64,000 bases of DNA. Origin: an uncultured Bacillota bacterium. Lineage in GTDB: Bacteria; Sysuimicrobiota; Sysuimicrobiia; Sysuimicrobiales; Segetimicrobiaceae. Position 1 is the stretch's first letter, and each line of letters starts with the position of its first letter. Location of the stretch: NCBI GenBank assembly GCA_963804645.1, contig CAWDRG010000009.1, forward strand, positions 576,001 to 640,000, read 5' to 3'. Below, one piece after another: positions 18,720-28,807 of this stretch. Position numbers and translations under genes: made by a program. The notes beneath the pieces are model-generated. The model was not told where the DNA came from. It did not search any database and worked only from the letters and a program-made list of their open reading frames with translations.

Positions 18720-19970
18720 ATGAGAGCATCCCGATTCGCAGTCGTGCTTGCCCTGCTCGTCATCATCGGAGTGGGCGCGGTGCCCACCGTCGCCGCGCCC
18801 ACGATCGTGCTGCAGTTCCCGTCATGGCAGGAGGACGAACCCGGGACGTCGGGGTGGTGGAAGGATCAGATCGCCGCCTTTGAGCGCGCCCACCCGGACG
18901 TCAGAATCGAGTTCACGAAGGTCGCGCTCGCCGATCACACAGGCAAGCTCATCGCGGAGTTCGCCGCCAACACGCCGCCGCAGATCGTCCACGTACCGGC
19001 ACAGACCTATTTCGTGTTCGCCAACCGGGGCTGGCTCGAGCCGCTCGACCGCTACCCCGGGATGGACGACATCAAGAAAGCGTACAATCCGCTGCAGCAA
19101 AAGTCGTGCATGTGGCAGGGCGCCACCTCGTGCGTCCTGATGCTGAACTACGGATACGCCATGGTCTACAACTCGAAGCTGCTGGCTGCGGCCGGGCTCC
19201 CGGTGCCGAAGAACGCCACCCAATACCTCGCCGCCCTCGCCGCGATGACGAACCGGTCGCAGGGCCAATTCGGTGTGGGGATCGTGACGCTGCCGGGCTT
19301 CAACATGGTGGCGCACATCGCCGTGTTCGTCTACGGCGCGGGCGGACGGTGGACCGACGACAACGGCAACCCGGCGGTCAACACCCCGCAGGCGATCCAG
19401 GGCTTTACCTGGTGGAAGCAGGCGGTGCTGACCGCGACGCCCATCGGTCAGGAGTCGGGGACGCTTCGCCAGTTGCTGGTTCAGGGCAAGATCGGATCCT
19501 ACAACGACGGCCCCTGGATGCAGGGCTTCGCGCTGGGCGCCGACCCGTCGGTGCGGCCCTACCTGCGCGCCGCGCCGCTGCCGTTCCAGGTTGAGGTGGG
19601 CGGCGCCAGTAACGTCATCGCCATGCCGAAGAACATCCCGCAGGCACAGAAGGACCTCGTCTGGGAGTTCATCCGGAGCGGCACCACCCAGGAGGCGCAG
19701 CTGCGGTACGCGCTCGCGGTCGGCGCGCCGCCGCCGAGGTTGGATGTGGTGATTCCCGCAAATCAGCGGAACGCGCTCCCCTTCTATGACGTGTACGTCG
19801 ACGCCGCGAAGCGCGCGGTCAGCAACATCCCATACGGGCTAGAAACGAAGGCCGATCAATTCATCCAGATCGTGTCGGAGCAGGCACAGCGCATGGTCGT
19901 GCAGAACGCGCCGGTGCCCGCGGTGGTGCAGGACATGGAGAATCAGCTTATGGATCTGAAGCGGCAGTAG
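18720..19970 (+). CDS. Sugar ABC transporter substrate-binding protein (family 1)
   Basis: Signal peptide MRASRFAVVLALLV...; 'FERAHPDVRI', 'MVYNSKLL', 'LVWEFIR'. RBS GGAGG upstream of ATG 18720. Confidence 0.9.
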   Translation: MRASRFAVVLALLVIIGVGAVPTVAAPTIVLQFPSWQEDEPGTSGWWKDQIAAFERAHPDVRIEFTKVALADHTGKLIAEFAANTPPQIVHVPAQTYFVFANRGWLEPLDRYPGMDDIKKAYNPLQQKSCMWQGATSCVLMLNYGYAMVYNSKLLAAAGLPVPKNATQYLAALAAMTNRSQGQFGVGIVTLPGFNMVAHIAVFVYGAGGRWTDDNGNPAVNTPQAIQGFTWWKQAVLTATPIGQESGTLRQLLVQGKIGSYNDGPWMQGFALGADPSVRPYLRAAPLPFQVEVGGASNVIAMPKNIPQAQKDLVWEFIRSGTTQEAQLRYALAVGAPPPRLDVVIPANQRNALPFYDVYVDAAKRAVSNIPYGLETKADQFIQIVSEQAQRMVVQNAPVPAVVQDMENQLMDLKRQ

Positions 19971-19989
19971 TGCCCGTCGCCGCCGGGCG

Positions 19990-20955
19990 GTGCTCCCGGC
20001 CGCGGGACGGAAGCGCGGGGTGACGACGCAGGCGCCGGCCATGCGGTCGGGCGCGGCGTTGGGCCCGCGCCGGCGGTGGCTTCGGAGCCCGGAAGCCTTC
20101 TCGCTGTTTCTGCTCGCGCCGGCGATCGTCACGATGGCGCTGGTGGTGCTCTACCCGGTCGTCGCGGCGGTGAACATGAGCTTCCACCGCGTGGACATCT
20201 ACACGCCGGGCACCCGGCAGGGCCCGTTCACGCTCGTGAACTACGCGGCGCTCGTCCACTCGGCCGCGTTCTGGCAGTCCGTGTGGATCTCGACCGAGTA
20301 CGTGGTGCTCTCGGTCGTGTGCTCGCTGCTGATCGGGTTCGGCACCGCGCTGCTGCTCAATCAAGCGTTTCGCGGGCGCGCCGTCGCGCGGATGCTCGCG
20401 GTGCTGCCGTGGGCCGTTCCGTCGGTCGTGGCGGCCAACATTTGGTGGTGGATCCTTGATCCGACCTACGGCATTCTGAACTGGGTGCTGCTCCGGCTCG
20501 GCGTCATCGCGCAGCCGGTGAACTGGCTGGCGTCGACGGGGACGGCGCTGGTTTCGGTCAGCATCGCCACGATCTGGAAGGGGTACCCGTTCTTCACGAT
20601 CATGGTCCTGGCCGGACTGCAGGCGATTCCCCGGGATCTGTACGACGCCGCCGCGGTAGACGGCGGGGGGCCCGTCGCGGTGTTCCGGTCGATCACGCTG
20701 CCGGGGGTCCGGAACATCGTCGCGCTGGCGACCCTGCTGACGGTGCTGTGGGTATTCCGCGAGTTCACCTATATCTGGGTGCTGACGGGCGGCGGCCCGG
20801 TGCGCGCGACGGAGACGCTGGCCGTGATGACCTATCGGGAAGCGTTTTCGTTCTTCCAGATGGGATTCGCGGCGGCCGTCGGCGTGGTGACCCTCCTGAT
20901 CTCGACGGTCGCCAGCGTCCTCTTCATCCGCCAAAGCGGGTTCGAGTTCTACTGA
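19990..20955 (+). CDS. Carbohydrate ABC transporter permease (MalF-like)
   Basis: Transmembrane segments and EAA loop 'LAGLQAIPRDLYDAAAVDGG'; 'LTGGGP..ATETL'. Confidence 0.92.
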   Translation: MLPAAGRKRGVTTQAPAMRSGAALGPRRRWLRSPEAFSLFLLAPAIVTMALVVLYPVVAAVNMSFHRVDIYTPGTRQGPFTLVNYAALVHSAAFWQSVWISTEYVVLSVVCSLLIGFGTALLLNQAFRGRAVARMLAVLPWAVPSVVAANIWWWILDPTYGILNWVLLRLGVIAQPVNWLASTGTALVSVSIATIWKGYPFFTIMVLAGLQAIPRDLYDAAAVDGGGPVAVFRSITLPGVRNIVALATLLTVLWVFREFTYIWVLTGGGPVRATETLAVMTYREAFSFFQMGFAAAVGVVTLLISTVASVLFIRQSGFEFY

Positions 20956-20956
20956 G

Positions 20957-21790
20957 ATGCGGTCCGATGCGCGCGCGCTCCAACGGTACGGCCATCGCGT
21001 CGCGGTGTGGTGCGTCGTGGGCCTGCTCGTGTTTCCGATCTATTGGATGTTCAATACGTCGCTCGCCCCGCAGAACCAGATCTACGTGTATCCGCCCCAG
21101 CTGATCCATCCGGGGGCGACGTTCGCGGCCTATGCGAAGGTCTTTCAGGAGCGCCCAATGGCGCGCTGGTTCCTGAACTCGCTGTTCGTGGTGCTGTTGT
21201 CGGGCGTGTACTCGCTCACGGCGGGCGCGCTCGCCGGATACGGCCTGTCGCGGTTTCGGTCCCGGGGAACCGGCACGCTCGGCTATCTGCTGCTGGCGAG
21301 CCGGATGCTGCCCACCACGCTGCTGGTGATCCCGCTGTTCGTGGCGATGAGCGCCGTGCATCTGATCAATACGCTGTGGTCGGTCGTCATCGCCAACGTG
21401 ACGTTCATCATGCCCTTCGCGACGTGGATGCTGAAGGGATACTTCGACGGCATCCCGCGGGAGCTGGACGAGGCCGCCTACATCGACGGCAGCTCCCGCC
21501 TCGGCGCGCTGGCGCGCGTCGTGCTGCCGCTCGCCGCGCCCGGCCTGGCCGCCACCGCGCTGTACAGCGCGATCCTGGCCTGGGACGAGTACCTGTTTGC
21601 CCGCACATTCCTGACGTCGACGTCGAGCTGGACGATCGCGGTGGGCCTCGGCTCGTTCCGGGGCGAGTACGTCACCTACTGGAACGAGGTGATGGCCGCG
21701 TCCCTGATCGGCACGCTGCCGCTGATCGTGATTTTCCTGGTGCTGGAGCGCCAGCTGGTGCACGGTCTGACCGCGGGCGCCGTCAAGTGA
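20957..21790 (+). CDS. Carbohydrate ABC transporter permease (MalG-like)
   Basis: EAA loop 'YFDGIPRELDEAAYIDGS'; C-terminal 'GLTAGAVK'. Confidence 0.92.
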   Translation: MRSDARALQRYGHRVAVWCVVGLLVFPIYWMFNTSLAPQNQIYVYPPQLIHPGATFAAYAKVFQERPMARWFLNSLFVVLLSGVYSLTAGALAGYGLSRFRSRGTGTLGYLLLASRMLPTTLLVIPLFVAMSAVHLINTLWSVVIANVTFIMPFATWMLKGYFDGIPRELDEAAYIDGSSRLGALARVVLPLAAPGLAATALYSAILAWDEYLFARTFLTSTSSWTIAVGLGSFRGEYVTYWNEVMAASLIGTLPLIVIFLVLERQLVHGLTAGAVK

Positions 21791-21818
21791 TCCGCCCCGG
21801 ATACGAAGGGAGCGAGCG

Positions 21819-22034
21819 ATGACCACGGACCCTCGCACGGCAACCGAGGCGGCGTTTCGCGATGCGCTCGCGCGTCTCGGCTTCCCGGCGTCCGACGATG
21901 AACAACCAGACCTGTGGCAGATGGCCACCGATTTGCAGGAGCAGGCGGCCGAGCTCCGGCGCTTCCTTGAGAACGCGGGCGCCCGGGCGCCCTTCGTCGG
22001 CGGCTCCCCTGCGGACGGCCCGCAGTCGACGTGA
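21819..22034 (+). CDS. Small hypothetical protein, possible amidase accessory subunit (GatC/AtzG-like position)
   Basis: 71 aa, predicted helical, RBS GGGAG. Stop overlaps the amidase start (GTGA). Confidence 0.55.
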   Translation: MTTDPRTATEAAFRDALARLGFPASDDEQPDLWQMATDLQEQAAELRRFLENAGARAPFVGGSPADGPQST

Positions 22035-23431
22035 GCGACGACGCGGCGCTCTGGTTCGGCTCGATCGCCGAGCTCGGCGCGCGATACCGCGCGGGCGAGC
22101 TGTCCCCGGTTGCGGTGACCGGCGCGTTCCTCGAGCGCATCCGACGGTTGGACGGGCGGCTGCACGCCTTCATCACGGTCGCGGATGCCCGGGCGATGGT
22201 CGACGCGGAGACCGCGGATGCCCGCCTGCGGCGCGGCGACCCGAGCCCGTTGCTTGGGATCCCGCTGGCCGTGAAGGACAACATCGCCACCCGCGGGATC
22301 AGGACGACCGGGAACTCTCGCGTGCTCGAGGGCTGGATTCCGGACCGCGACGCGGTCGTGGTCGCGCGCCTGCGCGCCGCCGGGGCCGTCATTCTCGGCA
22401 AGACGAACCTGAACGAGCTCGGGTGGAGCATCCCCAGCGACGACGATCTCTGTCCCCCAGCCCGGAACCCGTGGAACCCCGAGTACGCCGCGATCGGATC
22501 GAGCAGCGGATCGGGGGCGGCGGTCGCGGCTGGGATGGTCGCCGCGGCGCTGGGCACAGACGGCGGCGGGTCCGTGCGGCTGCCGGCCGGCCAGATGGGC
22601 CTGGTCGGCGTCAAGCCGACCCACGGGGCGGTGTCCAGCGCCGGATCGCTCTCGGCTGGCTCCACCATCGGAGACATCGGCATCCTCGCGCGATGTGTCG
22701 ATGATGCCCGCATCGTCACCGGCGCGCTCTTGGCGCACGAGGCGAGCCCGATCGGGCACGGCGCGGCGCGGCCGGGGCGCGACCGGATCGACGGCGTGCG
22801 GGTGGGGGTGCCCCGCCGGTTCATTGATCAGGTGCCCGTGGAGCGTGAGGTCGCCGAGGCATTCGAGGCGGCCCTGACCGTGCTTCGGCGACTCGGTGCG
22901 GTCGTGACCGATGTCGACCCGTCGGGGCTGGCGGCCGCGCGCACCGCCAATTTCGTCTCCCTGATCGCCGAGCACTACGCGGCGCACGAGACGTTTCTGC
23001 CCCGACACTGGACGCGCTACGGGCGGAGCGCGAGACTATACCTCGCGCACGGGGCGTTCCTGTCCGCCGCCGACTATCTCGCCGCGCGGGAGACGGGCCG
23101 GGTCGTGCGCGCCGAGATCGACCGGATCCTCGAGGAGGTCGAGCTGATCGCCACACCAGTCTCGCCGGTCGTGACCGCCGAGGCGGCGCGGAGGCCGGGA
23201 GCTCATCGCCGCGGGGTCAACGCGAGCTTTACCGCTCCGTTCAACCTGACCGGCCATCCCGGCGTCTCCGTGCCGTGCGGCATCGGCGAGACGGGACTCC
23301 CGATTGGGTTTCAGCTCGTCGGCCGCTACCATGCGGAGGCCACCGTGCTCGACGTCGCGCGCGCCTACGAGCAGACAACGGAATGGCACCGGCTGCGGCC
23401 GCAGCTCGATGCACGGGGGAGGCGGTCGTGA
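22031..23431 (+). CDS. Amidase-signature family amidase
   Basis: 'GIPLAVKDN', 'GKTNLNE', 'GSSSGSGAAVAAG', 'GTDGGGSVRLPA', 'FNLTGHPGVSVP'. Confidence 0.93.
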   Translation: MSDDAALWFGSIAELGARYRAGELSPVAVTGAFLERIRRLDGRLHAFITVADARAMVDAETADARLRRGDPSPLLGIPLAVKDNIATRGIRTTGNSRVLEGWIPDRDAVVVARLRAAGAVILGKTNLNELGWSIPSDDDLCPPARNPWNPEYAAIGSSSGSGAAVAAGMVAAALGTDGGGSVRLPAGQMGLVGVKPTHGAVSSAGSLSAGSTIGDIGILARCVDDARIVTGALLAHEASPIGHGAARPGRDRIDGVRVGVPRRFIDQVPVEREVAEAFEAALTVLRRLGAVVTDVDPSGLAAARTANFVSLIAEHYAAHETFLPRHWTRYGRSARLYLAHGAFLSAADYLAARETGRVVRAEIDRILEEVELIATPVSPVVTAEAARRPGAHRRGVNASFTAPFNLTGHPGVSVPCGIGETGLPIGFQLVGRYHAEATVLDVARAYEQTTEWHRLRPQLDARGRRS

Positions 23432-23456
23432 CGGACCCGCGTCTTGGAGCGCTGAC

Positions 23457-24662
23457 GTGAAGATTGTCAAGATCGAGCCGCTCGTGCTGCGCGCCCCGTA
23501 CGGCGAGATGGAGGCGTACTGGGCCCAGGGCTTCTGGGGCGAGCGGCCGCAGGGCGCGGCCAAGCCGCCGGTGCTGTCGCCGCAGCGGGTCCGGGACACC
23601 ACGCTGTGGCGGTACCGGGCCGCCTATCCCGCCCACATCGACACCACGCTGGTGCGCGTCACCACGGACGACGGCCTGGTCGGCTACGGGGAGTCGCACG
23701 CGCCGATCGCGCCCGAGGTCGCGGCGACGATCATCGACACGCTGCTGGCGCCGCTGCTGCTCGGCGAGAACCCGCTCGCGACCGACCGGTTGTGGGAAAA
23801 GATGTACGCCAGCATGCGGATCCGGGGCCACCACACCGGATTCATGGCGGAGGCGATGGCCGGCGTGGACATCGCGCTGTGGGACATCGCCGGCAAGGCG
23901 GCGGGGCTTCCGATCCACCTGCTGATGGGGGGCGACTACCACGAGCGGGTCCGGTGCTATCAATCGCACCTCCCGGTGCTCGAGCCCGACGAGATGGCCG
24001 CCATCGCCGCGCACCACGCGCAGGAGGGCTACCACGGAATCAAGATCTCCGGGGGGGCCGGTCTCGCGGTCGACGTCCGGAACGTCGAGCGGATCCGCGA
24101 GGCGGTGGGGCCCGGCGTCGAGCTGATGCTGGATGCCGGCGGCGTCTACGACGTGCCGACCGCCTCCCGCATCGGCCGGGCGCTGGAGCGCAGCGGGGTG
24201 CTGTTCTTCGAGGATCCCCTGCCGCCCGAAGACCACGCCGGCTACGCGGAGCTGTGCCGGACGCTCGACGTGGCGGTCGCGACCGGCGAAGCCGACGCGA
24301 CCCGCTATCAGTTCGCCCGCCGCCTGGAGCGGCGCGGTGTCGACGTCGTCCTGCCGGACGTCAGCCGGTCCGGCGGCCTCACGGAAACCCGCAAGATCGC
24401 GATGCTCGCCGATGTGCACAACGTCCGGCTGTGCCCGCACAACAGCGTCTGCTCGGCGGTGCATCATGCCGCGTCGCTGCAGCTGTGCGCGGCGATCCCC
24501 AACTTCCTGTTCTACGAGTTCTGGGCCGGCCACAACCCGCTGCTGGACATCACGACGGCGCCGCTCGTCTTGGACCGGGGATACCTCACGGTGCCTCAGG
24601 GTCCGGGGCTCGGCATCGAGATCGACGAGAACAAGCTCGAGCGGCTGCGCGTGCGCCGATGA
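23457..24662 (+). CDS. Mandelate racemase/muconate lactonizing enzyme family (enolase superfamily) acid-sugar dehydratase-like 1
   Basis: 'VTTDDGLVGYGE', 'GVDIALWDIAGK', metal ligands D/E/E ('MLDAG','FEDP','ATGE'), 'PQGPGLGIEID'. GTG start at 23457. Confidence 0.9.
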   Translation: MKIVKIEPLVLRAPYGEMEAYWAQGFWGERPQGAAKPPVLSPQRVRDTTLWRYRAAYPAHIDTTLVRVTTDDGLVGYGESHAPIAPEVAATIIDTLLAPLLLGENPLATDRLWEKMYASMRIRGHHTGFMAEAMAGVDIALWDIAGKAAGLPIHLLMGGDYHERVRCYQSHLPVLEPDEMAAIAAHHAQEGYHGIKISGGAGLAVDVRNVERIREAVGPGVELMLDAGGVYDVPTASRIGRALERSGVLFFEDPLPPEDHAGYAELCRTLDVAVATGEADATRYQFARRLERRGVDVVLPDVSRSGGLTETRKIAMLADVHNVRLCPHNSVCSAVHHAASLQLCAAIPNFLFYEFWAGHNPLLDITTAPLVLDRGYLTVPQGPGLGIEIDENKLERLRVRR

Positions 24663-24672
24663 GGAGGCCGAG

Positions 24673-25605
24673 ATGAGCCGCCACGTCCCCAGAGCGGTGG
24701 TCGTCGGGCCGTTCAGCGCGGACGCGCTCGCCGACCTCGGCAAGATCGCCGACGTTGTGCGGGTGCCGGAGTTTGTGATCGAGAAGGTGCGGCCCCACCT
24801 GGCCGACGCGGAGATCCTGGTCACGCGCCGCATGCCGATCGACGCCGCGACGATCGCGGCGTCGCCGCGGCTGCGTCTGATCATGAAGCCGGGCGTGGGC
24901 ACCGACGAGATCGACGTGGAGGCGGCGCACCGGCGCGGCATCGCCGTGCTGAACACTCCCGGCGCGAACGCCCCCGCGGTGGCGGAGTTGACGTGGGGGC
25001 TGATCGTCGGCCTGCTGCGCAACATCCCGCGTCTGGATCGGGCGCTGCGCGAGACGCATCGATGGGATCGCTTCGAGTTGGGCACGGAGCTGTACGGCAA
25101 GCGGCTCGGGATCGTCGGGGTCGGCCACGTGGGCTCTCGGGTGGCCCGGGTCGCGGCGGCGCTCGACATGACCGTCGTGGGGTGCGATCCGTACATCGAC
25201 GCGTCCGCGGCCCCGGTCCCGCTCGTGTCGCTCGATGAGCTTCTCCGGACCTCGGATCTCGTGTCTCTGCACGTGCCGCTCACTGCGGAGACGCGCGAGA
25301 TGATCGGGGAGCAGGCGCTCTGGCGGATGCCGGGCGGCTCCGTGCTGGTCAACATGTGCCGGGGCGAGGTGGTCGATGAAGCCGCGGTGCTCTCGGCGCT
25401 CACGGCCGGCCGCCTCGCGGGCTACGCCTCGGATGTGCTGCGCGGCGAGGTGCCGGGGCGTGAACTGGTGTCGCCCCTCCTCGGCCATCCGAACGTGCTG
25501 CTCACGACGCACGTCGGCGCGTGGACGGTCGAGACCGATCGCCGCGTGTGCCGGACCACGGTCGCGGCCATCCGGGTCTGGCTGGAGGAGTCCGCGGCAC
25601 GATGA
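24673..25605 (+). CDS. D-isomer-specific 2-hydroxyacid dehydrogenase family protein
   Basis: 'GVGTDEID', 'NTPGANA..VAE', Rossmann 'GIVGVGHVG', 'LHVPLT.ET', 'LVNMCRG', 'TTHVGA'. Confidence 0.92.
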   Translation: MSRHVPRAVVVGPFSADALADLGKIADVVRVPEFVIEKVRPHLADAEILVTRRMPIDAATIAASPRLRLIMKPGVGTDEIDVEAAHRRGIAVLNTPGANAPAVAELTWGLIVGLLRNIPRLDRALRETHRWDRFELGTELYGKRLGIVGVGHVGSRVARVAAALDMTVVGCDPYIDASAAPVPLVSLDELLRTSDLVSLHVPLTAETREMIGEQALWRMPGGSVLVNMCRGEVVDEAAVLSALTAGRLAGYASDVLRGEVPGRELVSPLLGHPNVLLTTHVGAWTVETDRRVCRTTVAAIRVWLEESAAR

Positions 25606-26642
25606 TGGCGACCGCCACGGATCTCGGCCAGCTGCTCCGCCGCGCCGCCGACCGCACGGTGTCCTATCCATATAAGTGCTGGGGCTTTGGCGAGGCGGTC
25701 GCGATGCTGGGCCTCCTGGCCGCCTCACGCGCGGCCGGCGACGATCGATACCGGAGCGCCGTGGTCGCCGGGTTCGACCGATGGTGGTCCGCCCGCCGCG
25801 GGACGCTCGGCTTCGCGGATCACGTCACCCCGGGCCTTTCGCTCCTGTCGCTGGCGCGCCGCGACCGGCGGTGGATGCCCGCGGCGCTCGCGCTCGGCCG
25901 ATTGTTCGCGCGCGTACCCATCCTCCACGGCGTGCCCGTGCACCGGCCCGACCTCGACCGGTTTCGATCGCACGTCTGGGTGGACTGCCTCTACACCGAC
26001 GGCGCGTTCCTGGCGCTGCTGGGTCTCGAGACCGGCGACGACCAATGGTCCGACCTCGCGTGCGCGCACACGCGCGCCTACGTCGAGGTGCTGTGGGACG
26101 CCTCGAGCGGCCTGTTCTGCCACGGGTACGACGCGGAGACGCGGCGGGCCAACGCCGTCCACTGGGGGCGCGGGAACGGCTGGGCGCTGATGGGGTTGGT
26201 GGATCTGCTGCGATTTCTCCCCACGGCTCAGGAGTTCCGGCGGACGCTCGCCGACGTCATCGGACGTCAGGTGGAAGCCATGGTGCGGCTGCAGGACGCG
26301 AGCGGGCACTGGCACACGGTGGTCGACCGCCCGGAGACGTATCTCGAGAGTTCGGTCGCGGCGATGATGGCCTGGGCCGTTCCGCAGGCGGTGCGACTCG
26401 GCGCCGTGCCCGTCGGCCTGCGCGAGACCGCGCTCGACGCCGCGGCCAGGGCGCGGGCCGCCGCGCTGGCCGCCACCGACCCGCAGGGGAATCTCACGGG
26501 CGTCTCCGAGGCGACGCCCGCGGAGGATCTGGCCACGTACGCGACGCGGCCGACCGGCGTGTACCCGTGGGGCCAGGGTCCGCTCCTGCTGGCGCTCGCC
26601 GACGCGATCGCGCCCGACAGCGTGTGGGAGGTGGTACCGTGA
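25602..26642 (+). CDS. Glycoside hydrolase family 88/105-like (unsaturated uronyl hydrolase)
   Basis: 'VWVDCLY', 'GLFCHG', 'HWGRGNGWA', 'LQDASGHWHTVVD...YLESS'. Confidence 0.85.
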   Translation: MMATATDLGQLLRRAADRTVSYPYKCWGFGEAVAMLGLLAASRAAGDDRYRSAVVAGFDRWWSARRGTLGFADHVTPGLSLLSLARRDRRWMPAALALGRLFARVPILHGVPVHRPDLDRFRSHVWVDCLYTDGAFLALLGLETGDDQWSDLACAHTRAYVEVLWDASSGLFCHGYDAETRRANAVHWGRGNGWALMGLVDLLRFLPTAQEFRRTLADVIGRQVEAMVRLQDASGHWHTVVDRPETYLESSVAAMMAWAVPQAVRLGAVPVGLRETALDAAARARAAALAATDPQGNLTGVSEATPAEDLATYATRPTGVYPWGQGPLLLALADAIAPDSVWEVVP

Positions 26643-27841
26643 AGATCGCGGCGATCGACGCATTCGCGCTGCGCGTCCGCGGCCCCGCGGCGCCGGCCTA
26701 CTGGGGATCGCAGGCGTGGGCGTCGGGCGCCGGCGCGGCGCGCGCGCCGTGGGAGGAGTATCCGCCGCGGTGGCGCATGCGGGCGAGCTACAGTCAGACG
26801 CTCAACACCGTCATCGTCCGGATCACGACGGACACCGGCCTCGTCGGCTACGGCGAGGCGAAGGCGCCGGTCGCACCCGAGGCCACACGCGAGATCGTCC
26901 GCGATCTCCTGGCGCCGGTCGTCGTGGGCGCCGATCCGCTCGATATCGACGTCGCGTGGGAGCGGATGTACAGCACGATGCGCCTCAGGGGACACGCGAG
27001 CGGGTTTCTGCTCGAAGCGCTGAGTGGGGTCGACCTCGCCCTGTGGGATCTCGCCGGCAAGATGCTCGGCGTGCCCGTCTGCAAGCTCCTCGGCGGCGCG
27101 TACCGCGACCGCGTCAAGGTGTACGCGTCGGGGCTCCCGGGGCTGACGCGCGCCGGCGACGCGGAGGCCCGCGACCGGCTGCAGCAGGGCGCCCGCGCGC
27201 TCGTGGCCGGGGGCTTCCGGGCCATCAAGCTGGCGATCGGATTCGGGGTGGAGGCGGACGCGGAGACCGTGCGCGCCGCGCGGGAGGCCGTGGGCGCGGA
27301 CACGCTGCTGCTGGCCGACGCCGCGGGGAACTACGACGTGGCGGCCGCCGGCCGGCTGGGCCGCATCCTCCAGGAGTGCGGGGTCGGATGGCTCGAAGCG
27401 CCGCTGCCGCCCGAGCACGTCGACGGCCACGCGCAGCTGGCGCACGCGCTCGAGATCCCGATCGCGACCGATCTGCTGTGCACGCGCTATCAGGTGCGCG
27501 AGTTTCTCGTCCGCGGCGCGCTCGACGTCGTCCAGCCCGACGTCTGCCGGTCCGGCGGCCTGACCGAGTGCCGCCGGATCGCGCAGCTGGCGGACGTGTT
27601 CGGGGCGGGCGTCGCGCCGCACGTCAGCATCGGCTCCGCGATCCAGTTCGCCGCGAGCGCGCACCTCGCGGCCGCGACGCCGAACTTCGTCATCATGGAG
27701 TACTGGATCGGCGACAATCCGATCGGCAACCCGGTGCTGCGGCGCCCGCTGCGCCTGGAGGACGGCATGCTCGAGGTCCCGGTCGGGCCGGGGCTCGGGC
27801 TGGATCTCGATGAAGCCGCGCTGCTGCGGCACGCAACCTGA
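26639..27841 (+). CDS. Mandelate racemase/muconate lactonizing enzyme family protein 2
   Basis: GTG at 26639 overlaps the previous stop. 'ITTDTGLVGYGE', 'GVDLALWDLAGK', 'WLEAP', 'VQPDVCRSGG', 'GPGLGLDLD'. Confidence 0.9.
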   Translation: MKIAAIDAFALRVRGPAAPAYWGSQAWASGAGAARAPWEEYPPRWRMRASYSQTLNTVIVRITTDTGLVGYGEAKAPVAPEATREIVRDLLAPVVVGADPLDIDVAWERMYSTMRLRGHASGFLLEALSGVDLALWDLAGKMLGVPVCKLLGGAYRDRVKVYASGLPGLTRAGDAEARDRLQQGARALVAGGFRAIKLAIGFGVEADAETVRAAREAVGADTLLLADAAGNYDVAAAGRLGRILQECGVGWLEAPLPPEHVDGHAQLAHALEIPIATDLLCTRYQVREFLVRGALDVVQPDVCRSGGLTECRRIAQLADVFGAGVAPHVSIGSAIQFAASAHLAAATPNFVIMEYWIGDNPIGNPVLRRPLRLEDGMLEVPVGPGLGLDLDEAALLRHAT

Positions 27842-27852
27842 CGCGAGGGGGA

Positions 27853-28782
27853 ATGCGCATGAGCCCGTCGACCGCATCGCCGTTTCACGGAATCGTCCCG
27901 ATTCTGCAGACCCCGTTCGACGACGCCGGGGCGCTCGACCTGGACAGCCTGCGGCGGGAGATCGAGTTCTGCCTCCAGGCGGGGGTGCACGGCGTCGTCA
28001 TTCCGGCGAACGCCAGCGAGTTCTTCACGCTGTCGGACGCGGAGCGGATGCGCGTCACCGAGGTGGCCCTCGAGGAGGTCCGCGGCCGGGTCCCGGTGAT
28101 CGTCAGCGCGAACGGCGTCAGCAGCCATGCCGCGGTCGCGTTCACGCGCCACGCGATCGCGCACGGCGCCGACGGCATCATGGTGCTGCCCCCGTACGTC
28201 CGCCGGCCGGGGGAGGCCGGCGTGCACGCCTACTACGAAGCGGTCGCCGAGGCGGCCGACGGACGCCCGGTGGTCGTCCAAAACGCCGAGCCGCCGCTTG
28301 GGACGCCGCTCGCGATCCCGTCCCTCGTCCGGCTGATCGAGCGCGCCCCGGCGATCCGGTACGTCAAGGAGGAGGTCACGCCCGGCGGGCACCGCATGAC
28401 GGCGCTGCTGCGGGCGGCCGGCGACCGGCTCGACGGCGTGTTCGGCGGCCTCAACGGGATCTGGCTGCTCGGCGAGCTCGACCGGGGCGCGTGCGGCAAC
28501 ATGCCAAACTGCGCGCTGGTCGACGTGCAGGTGCAGGTCTACACCCTGTACCGCGGCGGCCGGCGGGAGGAGGCCGAGGCGCTGCACCTGCGCCTGCTGC
28601 CGCTGCTGGTGCTCGGCAGCCAGTACGGCGTGGGGTTCGCGAAAGAGGTGCTGTGGCGGCGCGGGATCATCCGCACCAGCGTGGCGCGGGATCCCCAGGC
28701 GCCGAAGTTCGACGAGTACGACGTCGCGGAGCTCGACCGCTATCTCGTCGGGGTCAAGCCGGCGATGGTCGCGCGCGCCTGA
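27853..28782 (+). CDS. Dihydrodipicolinate synthase/N-acetylneuraminate lyase family aldolase or dehydratase
   Basis: 'GIVPILQTPF', 'ASEFFTLSDAER', 'GADGIMVLPPY', Schiff-base Lys in 'YVKEE'. Confidence 0.9.
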   Translation: MRMSPSTASPFHGIVPILQTPFDDAGALDLDSLRREIEFCLQAGVHGVVIPANASEFFTLSDAERMRVTEVALEEVRGRVPVIVSANGVSSHAAVAFTRHAIAHGADGIMVLPPYVRRPGEAGVHAYYEAVAEAADGRPVVVQNAEPPLGTPLAIPSLVRLIERAPAIRYVKEEVTPGGHRMTALLRAAGDRLDGVFGGLNGIWLLGELDRGACGNMPNCALVDVQVQVYTLYRGGRREEAEALHLRLLPLLVLGSQYGVGFAKEVLWRRGIIRTSVARDPQAPKFDEYDVAELDRYLVGVKPAMVARA

Positions 28783-28807
28783 CGCGGCCCCCCCGCAAAG
28801 GAGCCCC

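Noticed and set aside
22031..23431. gatA/gatC of the Glu-tRNA amidotransferase
   Set aside because: No gatB nearby and the context is catabolic, so it is called a generic amidase with a small partner.
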